A stretch of 64,000 nucleotides of DNA. Source: the human T2T-CHM13v2.0 reference genome, Homo sapiens. The stretch lies in the NCBI RefSeq assembly GCF_009914755.1, contig NC_060926.1, one strand, 5' to 3'. A model generated the notes under the pieces. That model saw only the letters and a list, made by a program, of their open reading frames with translations. It was not told the DNA's origin and ran no database searches. Below, in pieces: positions 1-13,035 of the stretch. The stretch's first letter is position 1. The number at the start of each line of letters is the position of its first letter. The position numbers and the translations under genes are program-made.

Positions 1-256
1 AGTGGTGTGATCTCAGCTCACTGCAGCATTGACCTCCTAGACTCAGGTGATCCTCCTGCCTCAGCCCCCCAAGTAGCTGGGACTGCAGGCATAGGCCGCC
101 ATGCCTGGATATATATATATACTTTTTTTGAATTTTTTGTAGAGACAGTGTTTCGCCATGTTGTCCAGGCTGGACTTGAACTCCTGAGCTCAAGTGATCT
201 GCTGTCTCAGCCTCCCAAAGTGCTAGGATTACAGGCATGAACCACCATGCCCAGCC
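1..256 (-). mobile_element. AluJ-type SINE, cut by the window edge, with (TA)n in the middle linker
   Basis: Antisense Alu text (ctcactgcagc..., gaactcctgagctcaagtgatc, cccaaagtgctaggattacaggcatga...cccagcc) with J-type diagnostics. Confidence 0.9.
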
Positions 257-690
257 TTTTCTTAATTCTATATAACATGCTTATGCTACAAATTTTTTAT
301 ATTATATTTTATTTATTGTTTTCCTAGATTTAGAAAGTATTCTACTACTTTTAATGTCTCCCAGTTTCCCTCATTGCATTATTTTGATAGTTATATTGTA
401 GTGTTAGTCACATCAATATTAATATTCCTTTCACTGTGATTATATCAACATTATTTATAGCAGAGCCAAATAATGTACTACAGTTACAATTCCTTCTGTT
501 TTGTGAATGTTGTATTTCCCCTGTAGTTAATAATTACCCTTTTTTTTCTTGGTATTGATATCTGTGACTAATATGTCCCTAAAGTCTTTACCAGAGTTTT
601 AAAAGATCTCTCAACATTGTTGAAACTCTCAGATAATTTATCAGTCTTAGCTTCTTTTTGAAAGACATTTTTTTCTGGAACCTTATTTCT

Positions 691-1001
<311 letters not shown>

Positions 1002-1093
1002 CTGGAACCTTATTTCTATCTGATTTCTTCTCAGGTATATTGAGATTTCTCTTCATCATTATGTTTGGAATTCACTGGGCTTTTTCTCCTAAA

Positions 1094-1428
1094 GGTCTTG
1101 TGTTAGTTCAGGCTGCTGTAACAAAGTACTTTCGACTGGGTAATTTATAAGCAATAGGAATTTATTGCTCACAGTTCTGCGGGCTGGGAAGTTCAAGATC
1201 AAGGCACAAACAGATTTGGTGTCTAATGGGGGCCCATTCCTCATGGATGGCACCTTCTATGTGTTCTCACATGGCAGAAGGGCAAAAGAGGCAAAAAACC
1301 TTCCTCAGGCCTCTTTTATAAGGACACTAATCCCATTTATGAGGGCTCCACCTCTTAATAACAACACACTGGGGGACTGGGTTTCAGCATACGAATTTTG
1401 GAGAAACACAAACATTCAGACCATAGCA
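1094..1428 (-). mobile_element. MaLR solo LTR, MLT1A-like
   Basis: gctgctgtaacaaa...ctcacagttctg...aagttcaagatcaagg; ends aacattcagaccatagca, the reverse complement of the MLT1A start tgctatggtctgaatgtt. Confidence 0.85.
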
Positions 1429-1460
1429 GATCCTTTATCTTTCTCTTTCTTGGTTTATCC

Positions 1461-1669
1461 CAGTGGTGTGCTGGTACATGTAACAACCACCTGGGGGTCA
1501 GGGAGGGTTGAGGGGGATGGGAAGCCCTAGTTCGTAGTGTTTGCTGATTTCTGTGGTATCAATAGTCCCATCATGGCTGGTTTTAAGTGACCAATGTGAT
1601 GTCACTAAACTCAGAGTTGAAAAGAGATAATCTTGGGTGCTGGCCTGAGCCAGCTACAGCACACCACTG
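1461..1669 (-). mobile_element. MER63A-like hAT (Blackjack) MITE
   Basis: 13-bp TIRs cagtggtgtgctg / cagcacaccactg; internal sequence matches the recalled MER63A consensus. Confidence 0.85.
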
Positions 1670-1679
1670 GGTTACTCCC

Positions 1680-2240
1680 TTATTTTGATGGAACACATCT
1701 ACTACTTCCTGAAAAAGGGTACATGGGAAGTAAATGTTTTGAAAACTTCACTTTTTTTTTGGAAAATGACTTTTTAAACTTTCACACTCAATTGACTTTG
1801 TCTTGATATTAAAATCTAGCTGGGGAATAGTTTTCACTCAGAACTTTGGGAGTGTTGCTCCATTTTCTTCGAGTTTCCAGTGTTGCTGGTGAGAACTCTG
1901 GTGCCATCCTGGCCTCATCCTTTTTATCTTATTTTCCTTCTCTGGAAGCCTTTAGAATCTTCTCTTCATCCCTGATTATATACAATTTCATGATGATGGA
2001 TTCCCTGCCACTTACAGTTCTATATCCTTAGCAGATCCTTTTCATTCAGGAAGCTCATGTCCTTCAGGTCTGAGGAACTTTATTCAATTTCTTTAATGGT
2101 TTCCTCTCTTTCATTCTCTCTCTTTTTTGCTAGAATTCCTGTTTGTTGGATATTGGATCTCTTGCTTTGATCATCTAATTTTCTCTTTCTCTCTCAATTG
2201 CTGAGAGGTTTTCTCAACTGTATTCCGGAACTTCTGTGTA
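1680..2240 (-). mobile_element. Ancient L1M/HAL1-type fragment (probably continuous with 257-690 and 1018-1093)
   Basis: T-rich antisense text typical of old L1 ORF1 region (tgctccattttcttcgagtttccagtgttgctggtgagaactctg). Confidence 0.6.
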
Positions 2241-2787
2241 ATATTAGGCACTCCTGTCAGAGTGCTGACACTTGGGTTTGGGGCTGTGTCATACATCTGT
2301 GTTTCCTCCAGAGTGTCTGCCTGGCACAGTGCTTGACTGGATGGAGAGGCAGAATCAGCAAAGGATTTTTGATCCAGATGAACCTGGTCTTGAATCGCAG
2401 ATCAGCAAAAAATCATTTAACTTCCCGGTTCTTCAGTTTTCTTGCTTGGAGCTGAGCAAGGGGGCAAGTCATTCCATGGGGAGGGAGACTAGAAAGCTTG
2501 AGGGGTGGTCTACCAGACCTGGTTAAAGGAGAAGACCTTCTTCCCATTCTTCTACCCTTTCCCCAGACTGCATTCTAAGTAGTGCATTTTAATCTTCAAA
2601 CTCTAAAATTTCATGAGAGATTACTTTGCAGTTTATAGTACCCAGTGTCACAGTTAAACAATTCCATCTTGCTTACAAGGAACATTTTGATACTTAAATA
2701 AGATTACTGCGTTTCAACGATGAACTTAAATTGTCTTTTTCCAGGTGCTTTCTACATCTGACCTCTCTCAACCAAATTAATGACAAA

Positions 2788-2985
2788 ATAATGACTAAGA
2801 TTTCGTGAGCATTTTCCACATCCCAGGCCTGTTCTAAGTGTTTAACATGTATTAATTAATTTAATCCTCAGCAGCCCAACCATGTAGGCAATATTATTAT
2901 CCTCATTTACAATTGAGGAAACAGGCTCCAAAAGCCGTTGGGTTACACAGCTAGTCAATGTAACGTTGGGACTTAAACCCTGACA
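2788..2985 (-). mobile_element. MIR
   Basis: ttaatcctca...tattattatcctcatttacaattgaggaaacaggctc core in antisense. Confidence 0.8.
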
Positions 2986-5900
2986 TTAACTATGGATTGT
3001 CTGCTACTATGAAATCTTCATGAAGGAGGTTCTGAATTTGGACTGAGGTCCAGGGAGGTTTCCCTAGTGGAGGAGCTGAGCATGGTAGGACTCACTCTGA
3101 TGCTGAGTAGGAATGAAGAACAGGCCTTAGCAGATGCTCCAGCCCACGAGGGAGGAGGCTCCTTAGGGTCGCACACCCTTTGCAGCTGTCCCAGGAGCTA
3201 CCAGAAAGGCTTGGTCAACAGAGGGGACTCTTCTGTGCGAACAGCCTCAACCACTAACACACTGTTTCACCTCAGCAGCCCTGCTCAACTCCCAGCAGGC
3301 CTTGTTTAAACAGGCAGCTTGTAGCAGCTGGGGTTGGCTCAGTGGAACGTGTGGGCAGCCAAGGATGCCCCGAGTGCAGGTGCCTGTCTCTGAATGTGCA
3401 ATCATGCAAATCCGAGGACCCAGACTGATGTGAATTGAAAGCCTGGTGTTCACTTCCAATAAACTCAACTGTCTATCGCCAGAGCAACACAGGCTTCCAG
3501 TCTTCAAGTCATCAATACAAATGAGCATTTCTGGTGTTAGAGGAAAAAAGTGTGGGGTGAATCCCAATCAGAGCTTGCTCCCTTTCAGGCAAGCAGCATC
3601 TGGAAAAGGCTTTGGAGGGGCAAATACCTTTCCTAGAAGTAATTTTCACAGGAACTGTTCAGGACACAGGAGGCATTGCAGGAGGAAGGAGCAAGGGAAA
3701 TCACACCATGTAGTCATAGGGTCTTGAAAATCACCTTATCCTCTCTGCTTGTTTTACAGAGGAGTTAAGAGAAAGTCAGAGAAGTTAAGGGACTTGCCCA
3801 AGGGCACCTAGCTCATCAGTGGGCTGCTCCTCCTTATCTTGAGTCCCGATTTCCTTTTAGACACTCCACCCACCAGGCTGTTTCTCTAGTTCACTGCTTT
3901 GAGCACCAGGTCACAAGTGAGCACACATACCAACAGCTCTCCTCCTGAAACCATCGAGGGAGGCGAGTGATAGCAAACTTTGTTTAGTGCAAAGAATGGA
4001 AAAGGCTGCTTGAAGCACAGAAAAAGGGAAGTCAGAGCAGGTTGTGGCGCAGATGTCTGGGCATTGCTGTGGGGACAGAGTAGTTCACAAGACACAAGGC
4101 TTGTCAGCCTCTCTTCTGAACCTCTGCGCCCAAGGATTCTCAAGGAGCATTCAGATTAGATTTTAACTATGGATGCTGTGGTTGCCGGTAATAGAACAGC
4201 TAATAAAAAGCAAAGCTGGGGTGTCATCACCCTATCAGCAGATCAACAGTCTCTTCTTTGGTCCATAGGGCTGACCATGCAGCCTTATAGCCCAGAGGCC
4301 CTGTTACATAATCTTTCCACAACTCCCCTCTGTTCCTCACTGCACTGCCCTGGCCTTCAAAGTCCATATAAGTGCTGTAGAGATAAGCCTCATTAGCCTC
4401 ACAACTTGCAGTAAGTGCCAAGATCATGTTATTCAGATGCCACTGAGGCCAGTGCAAAGGGAGCTAATTAAATGGTACGGGCTTTCTAGCTCTGAATCAT
4501 CAGTTCAGGTGGTTACCTTTAATGCTATCTTCAAGCTCACCTTCTAGGCTGGTCTATGTGCCTAAGCTCCCACACCATGCCTCCAAGCCAGGAAAACCAG
4601 CAAGGAAGCTCTTCTGGTACCAAATGGGGGTTACACAACTGGTATTTTTTCACCCCCATTCCTACCTTGAGGAGAAATGGTAAGTTCTGTTGGGCAGATA
4701 CACGTAGGCAATTGAGGTTCTGTGAGAATGAACACCTCACATTTTAAAGTTCAAAGACTAGAAAGAATGAATGGAAAGTGAGTATGCATTTTCCATTTTA
4801 ACCCAGAGCAGCCCACAAACACATTAGGATTTCAGTTTTAGGGGGAAATTGACCTGCCAACCCCAGTTCCTGAGGGAGGCAATCTGATTGGCTGTCCGTG
4901 GGTCAGGTGTCCATAGTTGGTCTAACCACCAGAAGGGCTATTGGAAGCCCAACCATGTGAACTGTGTTGGGAAGAAAAGGGGGTTGTGGCGAGCTCAGCA
5001 GACACCGGAGAGATGTCTACTCCCAATGTCTAATTAAATATTCAGGCTAAATGGCCTTTCTGTCACCAGTTAGTCTATTTGAGTTTGGGCCAGTTTTCCC
5101 AAGGCAGAACCACCATTTCATTCCAGAGTGGAATCCAGGCTCTTTGGAATAGACAGAGGGAACAGGGTACTTAAAACCATCTCCTTACAACTCAGGCTTG
5201 TAGGCTTTGATCAAATCCTTTTGTTTCACAGATGAGGAAACAGGTTCAGAGAAAAGACATGAACCTGCTCAAGGTCAGCCTACCCACCTGTAAAAGGCAC
5301 TTTGTAAAGTGAAGGGACTTGGAGGGCCACCTTGTTAAATCCTTCACCAGCCATCAGCTCGCTATGGAAATGCTGACTGGATAAATAGTGTACCTCTATG
5401 GCAAGATTTGTGGCTCTCAGAGGCCTTCCCGTAACAATGCTTAAGAAGGTTTTAATGATCTGCCTACTGGGCATTTCTGAAGCATTCATTTTAGGGAAAG
5501 CCAAGGTGCTCAGACTATAATTCTGAGGCTAATTTCTCCCTGGACCCTCCTGACCTGGCAGCAAGAGGGAGTGAACAAGGAGAATGACTAGGATTGCACC
5601 AGCCCCTTGATTCTTATCCTTTTGACCTTGTGCTTCGAAGGGAGACGGGTTTGGTGTGACTTTTTACACCTGCTTCAAATGTTGTTACAGAGCGGATGAG
5701 GGAGCTTGCCATAGCCCAGTACCTTTGCCTGCAAAATATCTTGCTGTAGTTCTTATGCTCTTGACCCTGAGATCAGACTAATGCTCGGAACCAGTGGGGC
5801 GTAGATCAAGCTGGGGGTGGATATGGGAGCTGGCCGATATAAAGAAAGGGCATTGTTAGAGCTTCTTTGAGCTTTCTGTATCCCAGATCATGAGGAAGCT

Positions 5901-6639
5901 GAAGGATTAGGGAGGAGAAGATGAAAGGCAAGCCAGGGAAAACAGGCAAAGGAAGTAGTTATTAAAATAAAAGGTGAAATTCATGGGAAGTAAATCCAAT
6001 GTTTTGTCCATACTCAACTGGATTAGGAACATGTAATGAAAGCAAATAGATTTAATGGGGTGGGGATGATTAACGTTGTCTTGCAATACATTAGGAAATG
6101 ACTTTGTTCAGGAGGAGTGGAGGGCTATGAGAGGAAATTAAACTTAATTCTTATCTCCTTATGATGTTTTAGTTGCTTAACTTCTTACAACACACTTGTA
6201 AAACCAGAAAGAGAGAGAGGCCTGAGGTTTAATATGTTGTTTGCAAAGTAACTGGAGATATGAATGTCTTGAGTGTGTGCTTCAGTCTTATCAAGGATCC
6301 AGTGTTTTTTTTTCTAACAATTTGTTGTAATAAGTAGATGTCCTTAGTGGTATTGGGGACTCTGGTTAAAAATTACCTTTCAAAGAAATGAAAGTTTAGT
6401 GATTATTGGCTTCCCAGGACCCAGGTGAAATTTTATCCCCATCATAAACCTCACAACAAATCCTCTCTCCTTGGGGCCCTTATATTAATACCATGTCATT
6501 TGTACTACTCATCCTTCTATTGCATCATTTATAGTTGTGTATTGCTGGTACATTACAGTGAGATTTGAATTTTCAGACTGTTCTAATTTTGGCAGAGAAT
6601 AATAATTGTGCCTTCTTTATTTTTAATAAGACATTTCTC

Positions 6640-7037
6640 TTCCCCACTTGCAGAAGGCACACGGCTACCCAGCTAGAATCTGTATTTCTCAGCCTCTCTT
6701 GCAGCTAGATGTGGCTGATGATAGAAGAATGTGAATTGACATCCTGTGAAGAGAAGTCCACAATTGTTCCTTATTAAAAGAATGTTTTCGGCCTTCCCCT
6801 TTTTGCCCTCTTCCCTTTATTACTGGCTAGAATATAGGCTGGCACATGCCAGTAGGATAATGGAAGAAAAGAAGGGACTTGAGTCCTGGGTTGGCTTTAG
6901 GGAATCAAGTTGTCTACCTGCTCTAGACTGCCTATCTGCCTCCTGATATTAAGTATAAGAGAGAAATTTAGGTCTTGTTTTAGACTCTGCAATTTTGGTC
7001 TTCTTGTAGCCACTTATTCTATACTTAAACTAATATA
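6640..7037 (+). mobile_element. MaLR LTR, MLT1J/I-like
   Basis: tttctcagcctctcttgcagctagatgtggc and the 3' end cttgttttagactctg...aactaatata resemble old MLT1 LTRs. Confidence 0.6.
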
Positions 7038-7733
7038 GAAGTGAAATGCTTTGTGTTTCTTCCCTTTCCTTGCTGGGCAGGCACAGATGTTTCCCCTAAC
7101 CTCCAGGGAGGGTGTGAGGCTTCTGTTCTTCCTGCTTCTCAGAAGGTGGGAACTGATTTTTACTTTACTTGAGCTCTCGGTCAGATGGGTCATCGTGTTT
7201 ATGTTGAGGGAATAAGAGGAGAAGAGGGTTTGAGGAGGAGGTAGAGGGAAGGAAGTGCCTTGGTAGAAAGAAGGATTTATTCAGTGCCAGTAAGAATGTG
7301 GGCAAGGGGAGTGCAGAGAGGGAGAAGGAGGGAAGCACAGGATGGCCTCAAGAGCTGGAACCAAGCCTGGGAAGTTACTAAGGAGAGGGTGGGTCTGCTA
7401 TATGGGTAAAGCTGGGAGAATGGAGCTGACAAAAGACCAGCAAGAGAAGTGTTGTTCAGGCACAACAATGAAACTGATAATGGCACTTGAGAGGAGCCCA
7501 GGTTTCTGCCAGCAGAGCTTGCAGTAGGTGTCTGGTGATGCTTTCCTTTCATCAACAGTTGGCACCTTGGCCCATCATTGCCTGACCAGAGTGACATCCA
7601 TTCATGCTCCAAGGTTTTGCTCAGTCCCCACTGATTACCTATGTACTTCTTCTGTGTCTTTTACCCTAGGATACTGCTGAACTCAAGATAAGGCCAGTGG
7701 TTGCACAATTCCCTCAACATCTTGACTTGGGGG

Positions 7734-7861
7734 TAGACCTGCCAGATTTAGGATAAAAAATACAGGATTCCCAGTTAAATTTGAATTTGGAATAAATAAT
7801 GCATTTTTTTTGTATGAGTATGCCCCATGCAACAGTGCATGCATTCTACGTGGCAACCCTA
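7734..7861 (+). mobile_element. MER53 hAT MITE with internal deletion
   Basis: gccagatttag...aatacagga..cccagttaaatttgaattt; ends tggcaacccta; 8-bp TSD cttggggg/cttgggga at 7726-7733 and 7862-7869. Confidence 0.85.
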
Positions 7862-7957
7862 CTTGGGGATAGAGGGAAAGGTTGCTAGAAATCTCTTGAG
7901 CTAGGCCAATGGTAATAATACCCCAACTGCATTACTCTTTCATGAGTATAGATAGGC

Positions 7958-8312
7958 TTTCTTAGTCAGCTTGGCTGCTATGACAAAATAGCTTAGACTA
8001 GGTGGCTTATAAATAGAAGAAGTTTATTTCTTACAGTTCTGGAGGCTGGAAAGTTCAAGATCAAAGTGCCAGCAGATTTGGTGTGTGGTGAGGGTGGCTT
8101 TTTGGTTCTTAGATGGTACCTTTTTGCTGTGCCTTCACATGGTAGAAGGAGCAAGGCAGCTCTCTGGGGCCTCTTTTAAAAGGGCGCTAATTCCATTATC
8201 TGATCTAATCACCTCCTAACAGCCCCATCTCCTAATACCATCACATGGATGATTAGTTTTTGACAGATGAGTTTTGGTTGTGAGGGAGGATCACAAATAT
8301 TCAGACATAACA
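7958..8312 (-). mobile_element. MaLR solo LTR, MLT1A-like
   Basis: Same family text as 1094-1428; ends aatattcagacataaca. Confidence 0.85.
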
Positions 8313-9285
8313 ATGGTACAAATCTAAAGCAGGAAGATTGATTTCTAGTACCACCCACAGCATGAGGAAGTCAGGGTTCCCTTGCCTTATCTCCCCAACC
8401 TGACTGTAAGATTCTTGGGTGTGGGTTGGGGGACAGGCACTAAGTCCTACACATCTGTGTGTTTCACTCAGCACAGCACAGGGCTGAGCACATGGTGGGC
8501 ATTCAGTGAAGACTTACTCCCAAGTGGAATCCAAAGGCTGTTTGCTGAGTTGGAGGGAGAACTGGACCAAGAGTCAGAAGATGAGGTCCTGTCCCTGGTA
8601 TTGTCTTTAGCTTGGCATGTGCTTTTGAATGTTCTTCTCTATGTCTCCGGGCTCTGGTTCTTTTAGGCATAAAACAAGGAATTTAGATTAGAATTTATGA
8701 TTTTCAACTTGAGCCCTTTAGGAAAGCGGGAGAAGTAAGAAGAGATAGAGTCCAAATAGGTAGGACCCCAGATGTATGTCACCTACTTGAAAGAGATCAC
8801 ATGCAGCAGCTTTCTCTCTCTGTATCTTAATAGTCAATTAACATGATTCTGACCCCATGTATCTCTGACCCCTCATTGAATGGAGAAGTCCATTTTCCTA
8901 TGGCTATTCTTCTCCCAGGATGTTCTTGGGGACTCCTAGGCTTGCTACTCTGACCCAGGACATCAGCCTGGTTACTGTGGTCAGAAAGTCTGGTCAATCT
9001 GGCTGCAGATCTGCTGTCCCCTGCCATCAGGGTTGTCATGATGCCACTGCTGAAAGCCAGACTGTCTGACTCAGCCACAAGCTCTTCTGCTCATTGCCAT
9101 CCCTGCCCTGGCCCCATATCTCAAGGAAAAACCACTCCTTGCACATTTTCTCCAAGCCCAGATACAGTCCTCTCCCTCCCCTAAAGAAGTCTAACTAAGG
9201 GTGGGCTCCATGACCCAGCCTAGTGGTCCTCAGCGCATTCCCCAGAGTCCCAGGTATTCACTTTTATTAACTCCATTGGGGGTAA

Positions 9286-9645
9286 TGTTTTAGTTTGTTC
9301 GAGCTGCTGTTACTAAAATACCGTAGACTGGGTGGCTTAAACAATAAGCATTTATTTCTCACAGTTCTGGAGGCTAGGAAGTCCAAAATCAAGGTGTTGG
9401 CAGATTCGGTGTCAGGTGAGGGCCCACATCCTGCTTCATAGATAACTGTTATCTCTCTGTGTTCTCACTTGGTAGAAGGGGTGAGAGAGAGCTCTCTGGG
9501 GCTTTTTTCAAGGGTACTAATCTTAGTCACAAGGGCTCCACTCTTATGACTTAATCACCCCCACAAACTTTCTAATATCATCAAATCAGTGGTTAGAATG
9601 TCAACCTGTGAATCTTGAGAGGACACAGATATTCAGTCCATGACA
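9286..9645 (-). mobile_element. MaLR solo LTR, MLT1A0-like
   Basis: TG...CA termini; 5-bp TSD ggtaa/ggtag; tttatttctcacagttctggaggct core. Confidence 0.88.
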
Positions 9646-10149
9646 GGTAGGGAATGGGGAGAGCTAACAGTCCAGTATGCATTTCTCTCTAGGAAAAACC
9701 ATTTTTCTTCTGCTTTCAAGTGTACATTCTGGCTTGGAAGCTCACTTTACATGTCTCTCTTTGGCACATACATGCAAATATAAGAAGACCTCACAGTTTC
9801 CTCCAGGGACAATGAGTGGGGACTTATCTTCCTTTGATGGAACTGAAAGGCCTATGAGCTTCCCCAAATAAAGAGGGGAGAGGCTCCAAAGCAAATGGCA
9901 GCCTCTGCTTCTAGAAAGCAAAACTAAAAGTCACCCCCAAAGTTAACAATTCCATTACTGAAATTTAAAACAAACAAAACCCCTCTTTACCAGATATTCT
10001 ACTGTATCCGATGTCCTGTGTTAGGTGTTTTTTTTTTTTGAACAAAGTTTTTAAAAAGTTTGGAAGACATCAGAGGTTTAAAGTCTAGTAGAGGAAGAAA
10101 GAGTAATAAGGAAACAAAACTAGAGGGCATAGGATAGAGCTCCCTTGTG

Positions 10150-10320
10150 TGGTATCAGAAGGCAGCCCTGGGAAATGGAAGGAAAGAGAGATTGGGTGAG
10201 GGAAGATTGGGTTTGGGTACCCTAGAGGCTTCTTGGAAAAAATGAAATTTGAACCAGACCTGAAAGGATGAATCTGCTTTGGAAAAGCAGAAGGGAGAAC
10301 ATTCAAGTACAGTGTCTTGA
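10150..10320 (-). mobile_element. L2 fragment
   Basis: gaggcttcttggaaaaaatgaaatttgaaccagacctgaaaggatga resembles antisense L2. Confidence 0.55.
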
Positions 10321-10415
10321 CCTGCAATGGCTAGGAGGTGTGGATGAACATGTGTTTGTGAGAAGGTGAGGGGACCCAGAGGGCAGCACCAGGTGTCTTC
10401 ACTCCCTTTCACTAG

Positions 10416-10612
10416 CTGGGATAGAAGAGGCTTCATCTCCTGTGGCAACTCTGGTCAATTGCAGTGGCTGCCTGGAGTGCTGGGCTGAGAACAGTGTTAA
10501 GGACACACAGTGCTCAGCAGCGAAGAGTGCTGTCATTGATTAGTGATGTCTGCTGCAGGTGTGGGAGGGGAGAGGAGTAACATGTGTTTCAAGAACATGC
10601 CAGTTTTTCCCT
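10416..10612 (-). mobile_element. MER102-like hAT element
   Basis: gtggctgcctggagtgctg...gattagtgatgtctgc matches the recalled MER102 consensus in reverse. Confidence 0.7.
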
Positions 10613-10942
10613 AGACACTGTTTGGTGCATATTCCAAAGGACCTCCGGTGTGGGGAGAGTTTTATTCCTTTTTCCTCTCTTGAATTACAATCAATAAATG
10701 CTGAGAGCAACATCTGTGACTTTAAACGCTATCTTATCACCTCTCTGCCAATTTCTCAACTCCAAGTGTGCCAATTCCCCTTTGTCACTTTTCAGGCTGC
10801 TCAGAGAAGTCAGGGTCTTTGTCTCTGCTGCCTAGGTGCAGGAGAGAGCAGTCTTTCAACTAGGCACAAATAACAACATTGACTCAAGAGAAGGCTTTGA
10901 AGGCACTGAAGAGGGGAAGAGAACAGGGGAAATTCCAGGCAC

Positions 10943-11197
10943 GGACATTTGCTAATACTCATGTGAGTATGTTATTACATAATGTGTGGCACTGGTCTTG
11001 CATTGCCTCATGTCCCCAAGTCTTATCTCTCTATCAAGGTTGTAAGTCCCTTGAGGTCAGAGACTGTGCTGTGTTTATCTTAGGGAGTTGGAGGGACAGG
11101 AACTGAGTTCGTGCTATTTGTGTCTCTACAATTCTTTGCAGATAGTGGACGCTGTATCCTTCACAGTGATAGATGCTTATAAGATGACTTTTAAATT
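10943..11197 (+). repeat. Local direct duplication, copy A (partner 12705-12910)
   Basis: Direct alignment by eye, about 85% identity over the ~148-bp core. Confidence 0.9.
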
Positions 11198-12509
11198 GCT
11201 TTGAAAAATAGAGAGAGGAGTGGAAGGGGAATATTATGAAATTAACCTGTGGTCCTTGAGTCAGAGCAACTGGCAGAATAGAACAATGTGCCATTCACAT
11301 CACCCCCTTTCTGGGCTTTTTCTTAGGGCCTGAGCCTCCTCTCAATTCATAGGACCTTCTCTTGAGGGTGGAGGAGGATTGTGGGCAGACAAAGAGAGAA
11401 CTGACTGGATAGGGCACCTTCACAAATGTTTTTCCTGAAGCCTACAGAATGGCATTTTTCTGTTTGTGTTGAAGTTGTCCAACCGGTATTTTCAAATGAT
11501 GGATTTCTGGAAAATTGGAGCCTGGAGGGTGACTTTTCATAAGATAGGCTCTGATCTTTGATCCATTTAAAAAACTGCATACTGGTAGGAAGACTGCATC
11601 GCTGCAGCAAGAAAGTAACCTGGCACACATGGTAAGAAGTTGCTGGGGTGAGTCCATATTGTGGCATTAATGATGAAGTTATATGGTACAATTGTGGAAG
11701 GAGCAAGGGTGCTGAGGGCTACATCAGGTCACAGAGAGCAAATGAATTAGACACGTAGAGTATAAAGTGGAAGGCCAGGTTAGTCCAAGTGCAAATGCTT
11801 TCTAAAATTAGGAAATAATCTTGAAAGTACAGTACACCTTGACATTAGATGGGAGGTGACATCCACAGAATATTTACAGATATCATTATGTGGGTCTTTG
11901 ACTTTGCAACTTCTTAAATGATCAATATTTAAATATTTGGTGAACAAACATTATAGCAAATAAGACTGGAAAAATTCTCTTTACTTTCAGATTTTGCATT
12001 ATAGCTATTTTCCCAGGAGGATTGAGAGATGAATAGAGAGCTTAAGCAAGTCATCCAGCATCGGAATTTAGAGCTTAAAGGGAACACTAGTGTATGAGCT
12101 AATCCTACCCCCTTTGGATCGTAGTTGAGAACAATGAGACTCAAATGGCTAAATGGCTTGAGTTAGTGGCCACACTTGGCTCAGGACTCAGCATTCCTGA
12201 CTCCAGGTCTAGGCACTGTCCACCTCACCTCCCTGACCTCTGGGTGAATAGGAGCTCAGCTGGTTTTGGTTCCTCTGAAGCCTTTAATGGAGCCCTGGCT
12301 ATTGCTCTGCTCTGAAATGTAATCTCACTGAATTCCAGTTCCCACACTGTCTATACAATGATGACAGCATTAAGCGACTTGCTTACCTTGAAGGAGAGTT
12401 AAGCATGGAAAAAGAGAACATGTCTAAAATCACAGTGAGAGGCTCACTGCAGGAAGGGCGACAGGCAATGTGGAGCTATACTAGTTTTAGTGGTGTGTGG
12501 AGATTAAAT

Positions 12510-12704
12510 GTATAGCCTCTGGGCAGGTCACTTCACCTGTTGGTGCCCCAGTTTCCTCATCAGTGAAATGGTGCTAATAATAGAACCTACCTTATTGGGT
12601 TCTTATAAGGATCAAATGAATTAAAACACACACACACACACACACACGCACGCACACACACACACCCCTTAGAAGAGTGCCAAGTATATAATAAGCACAC
12701 AAAA
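12510..12704 (+). mobile_element. MIR containing a (CA)n microsatellite (~12626-12666)
   Basis: cagtttcctcatcagtgaaatgg...taataatagaacctacc core; CA repeat. Confidence 0.8.
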
Positions 12705-12910
12705 GGACTCTTGCTAGTACTGTTGTGAGTGTGTTATTACATAATGTGTGACGCCAGTCTTGTATTGCTTCATGTCCCCAAGCCTTATCTCCCTATCAAG
12801 GTTATAAGTTCCTTGAGGTCAAGGACTGTGCTTCTCCTTATCTCAGGGAGTTGGAGATACAGGAACTAGGTTAGCTTTTATCATAGAAGTCATAAGATGT
12901 CTTTTCAAAT
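12705..12910 (+). repeat. Local direct duplication, copy B (partner 10943-11197)
   Basis: Shares gttattacataatgtgtg, catgtccccaag, ctatcaaggtt, ccttgaggtca, agggagttggag, acaggaact and ataagatg.ctttt with copy A. Confidence 0.9.
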
Positions 12911-13035
12911 GAGGTTGGTTGTTGTAGCTATGATTATAACAGCAATAGACTATTGGGCGACTCTCCTCTTGTATACACTATCTCATTTCATGTCTCCAAT
13001 GTCCATATGAACTAGGTATTCTAACTACCCGCAGT

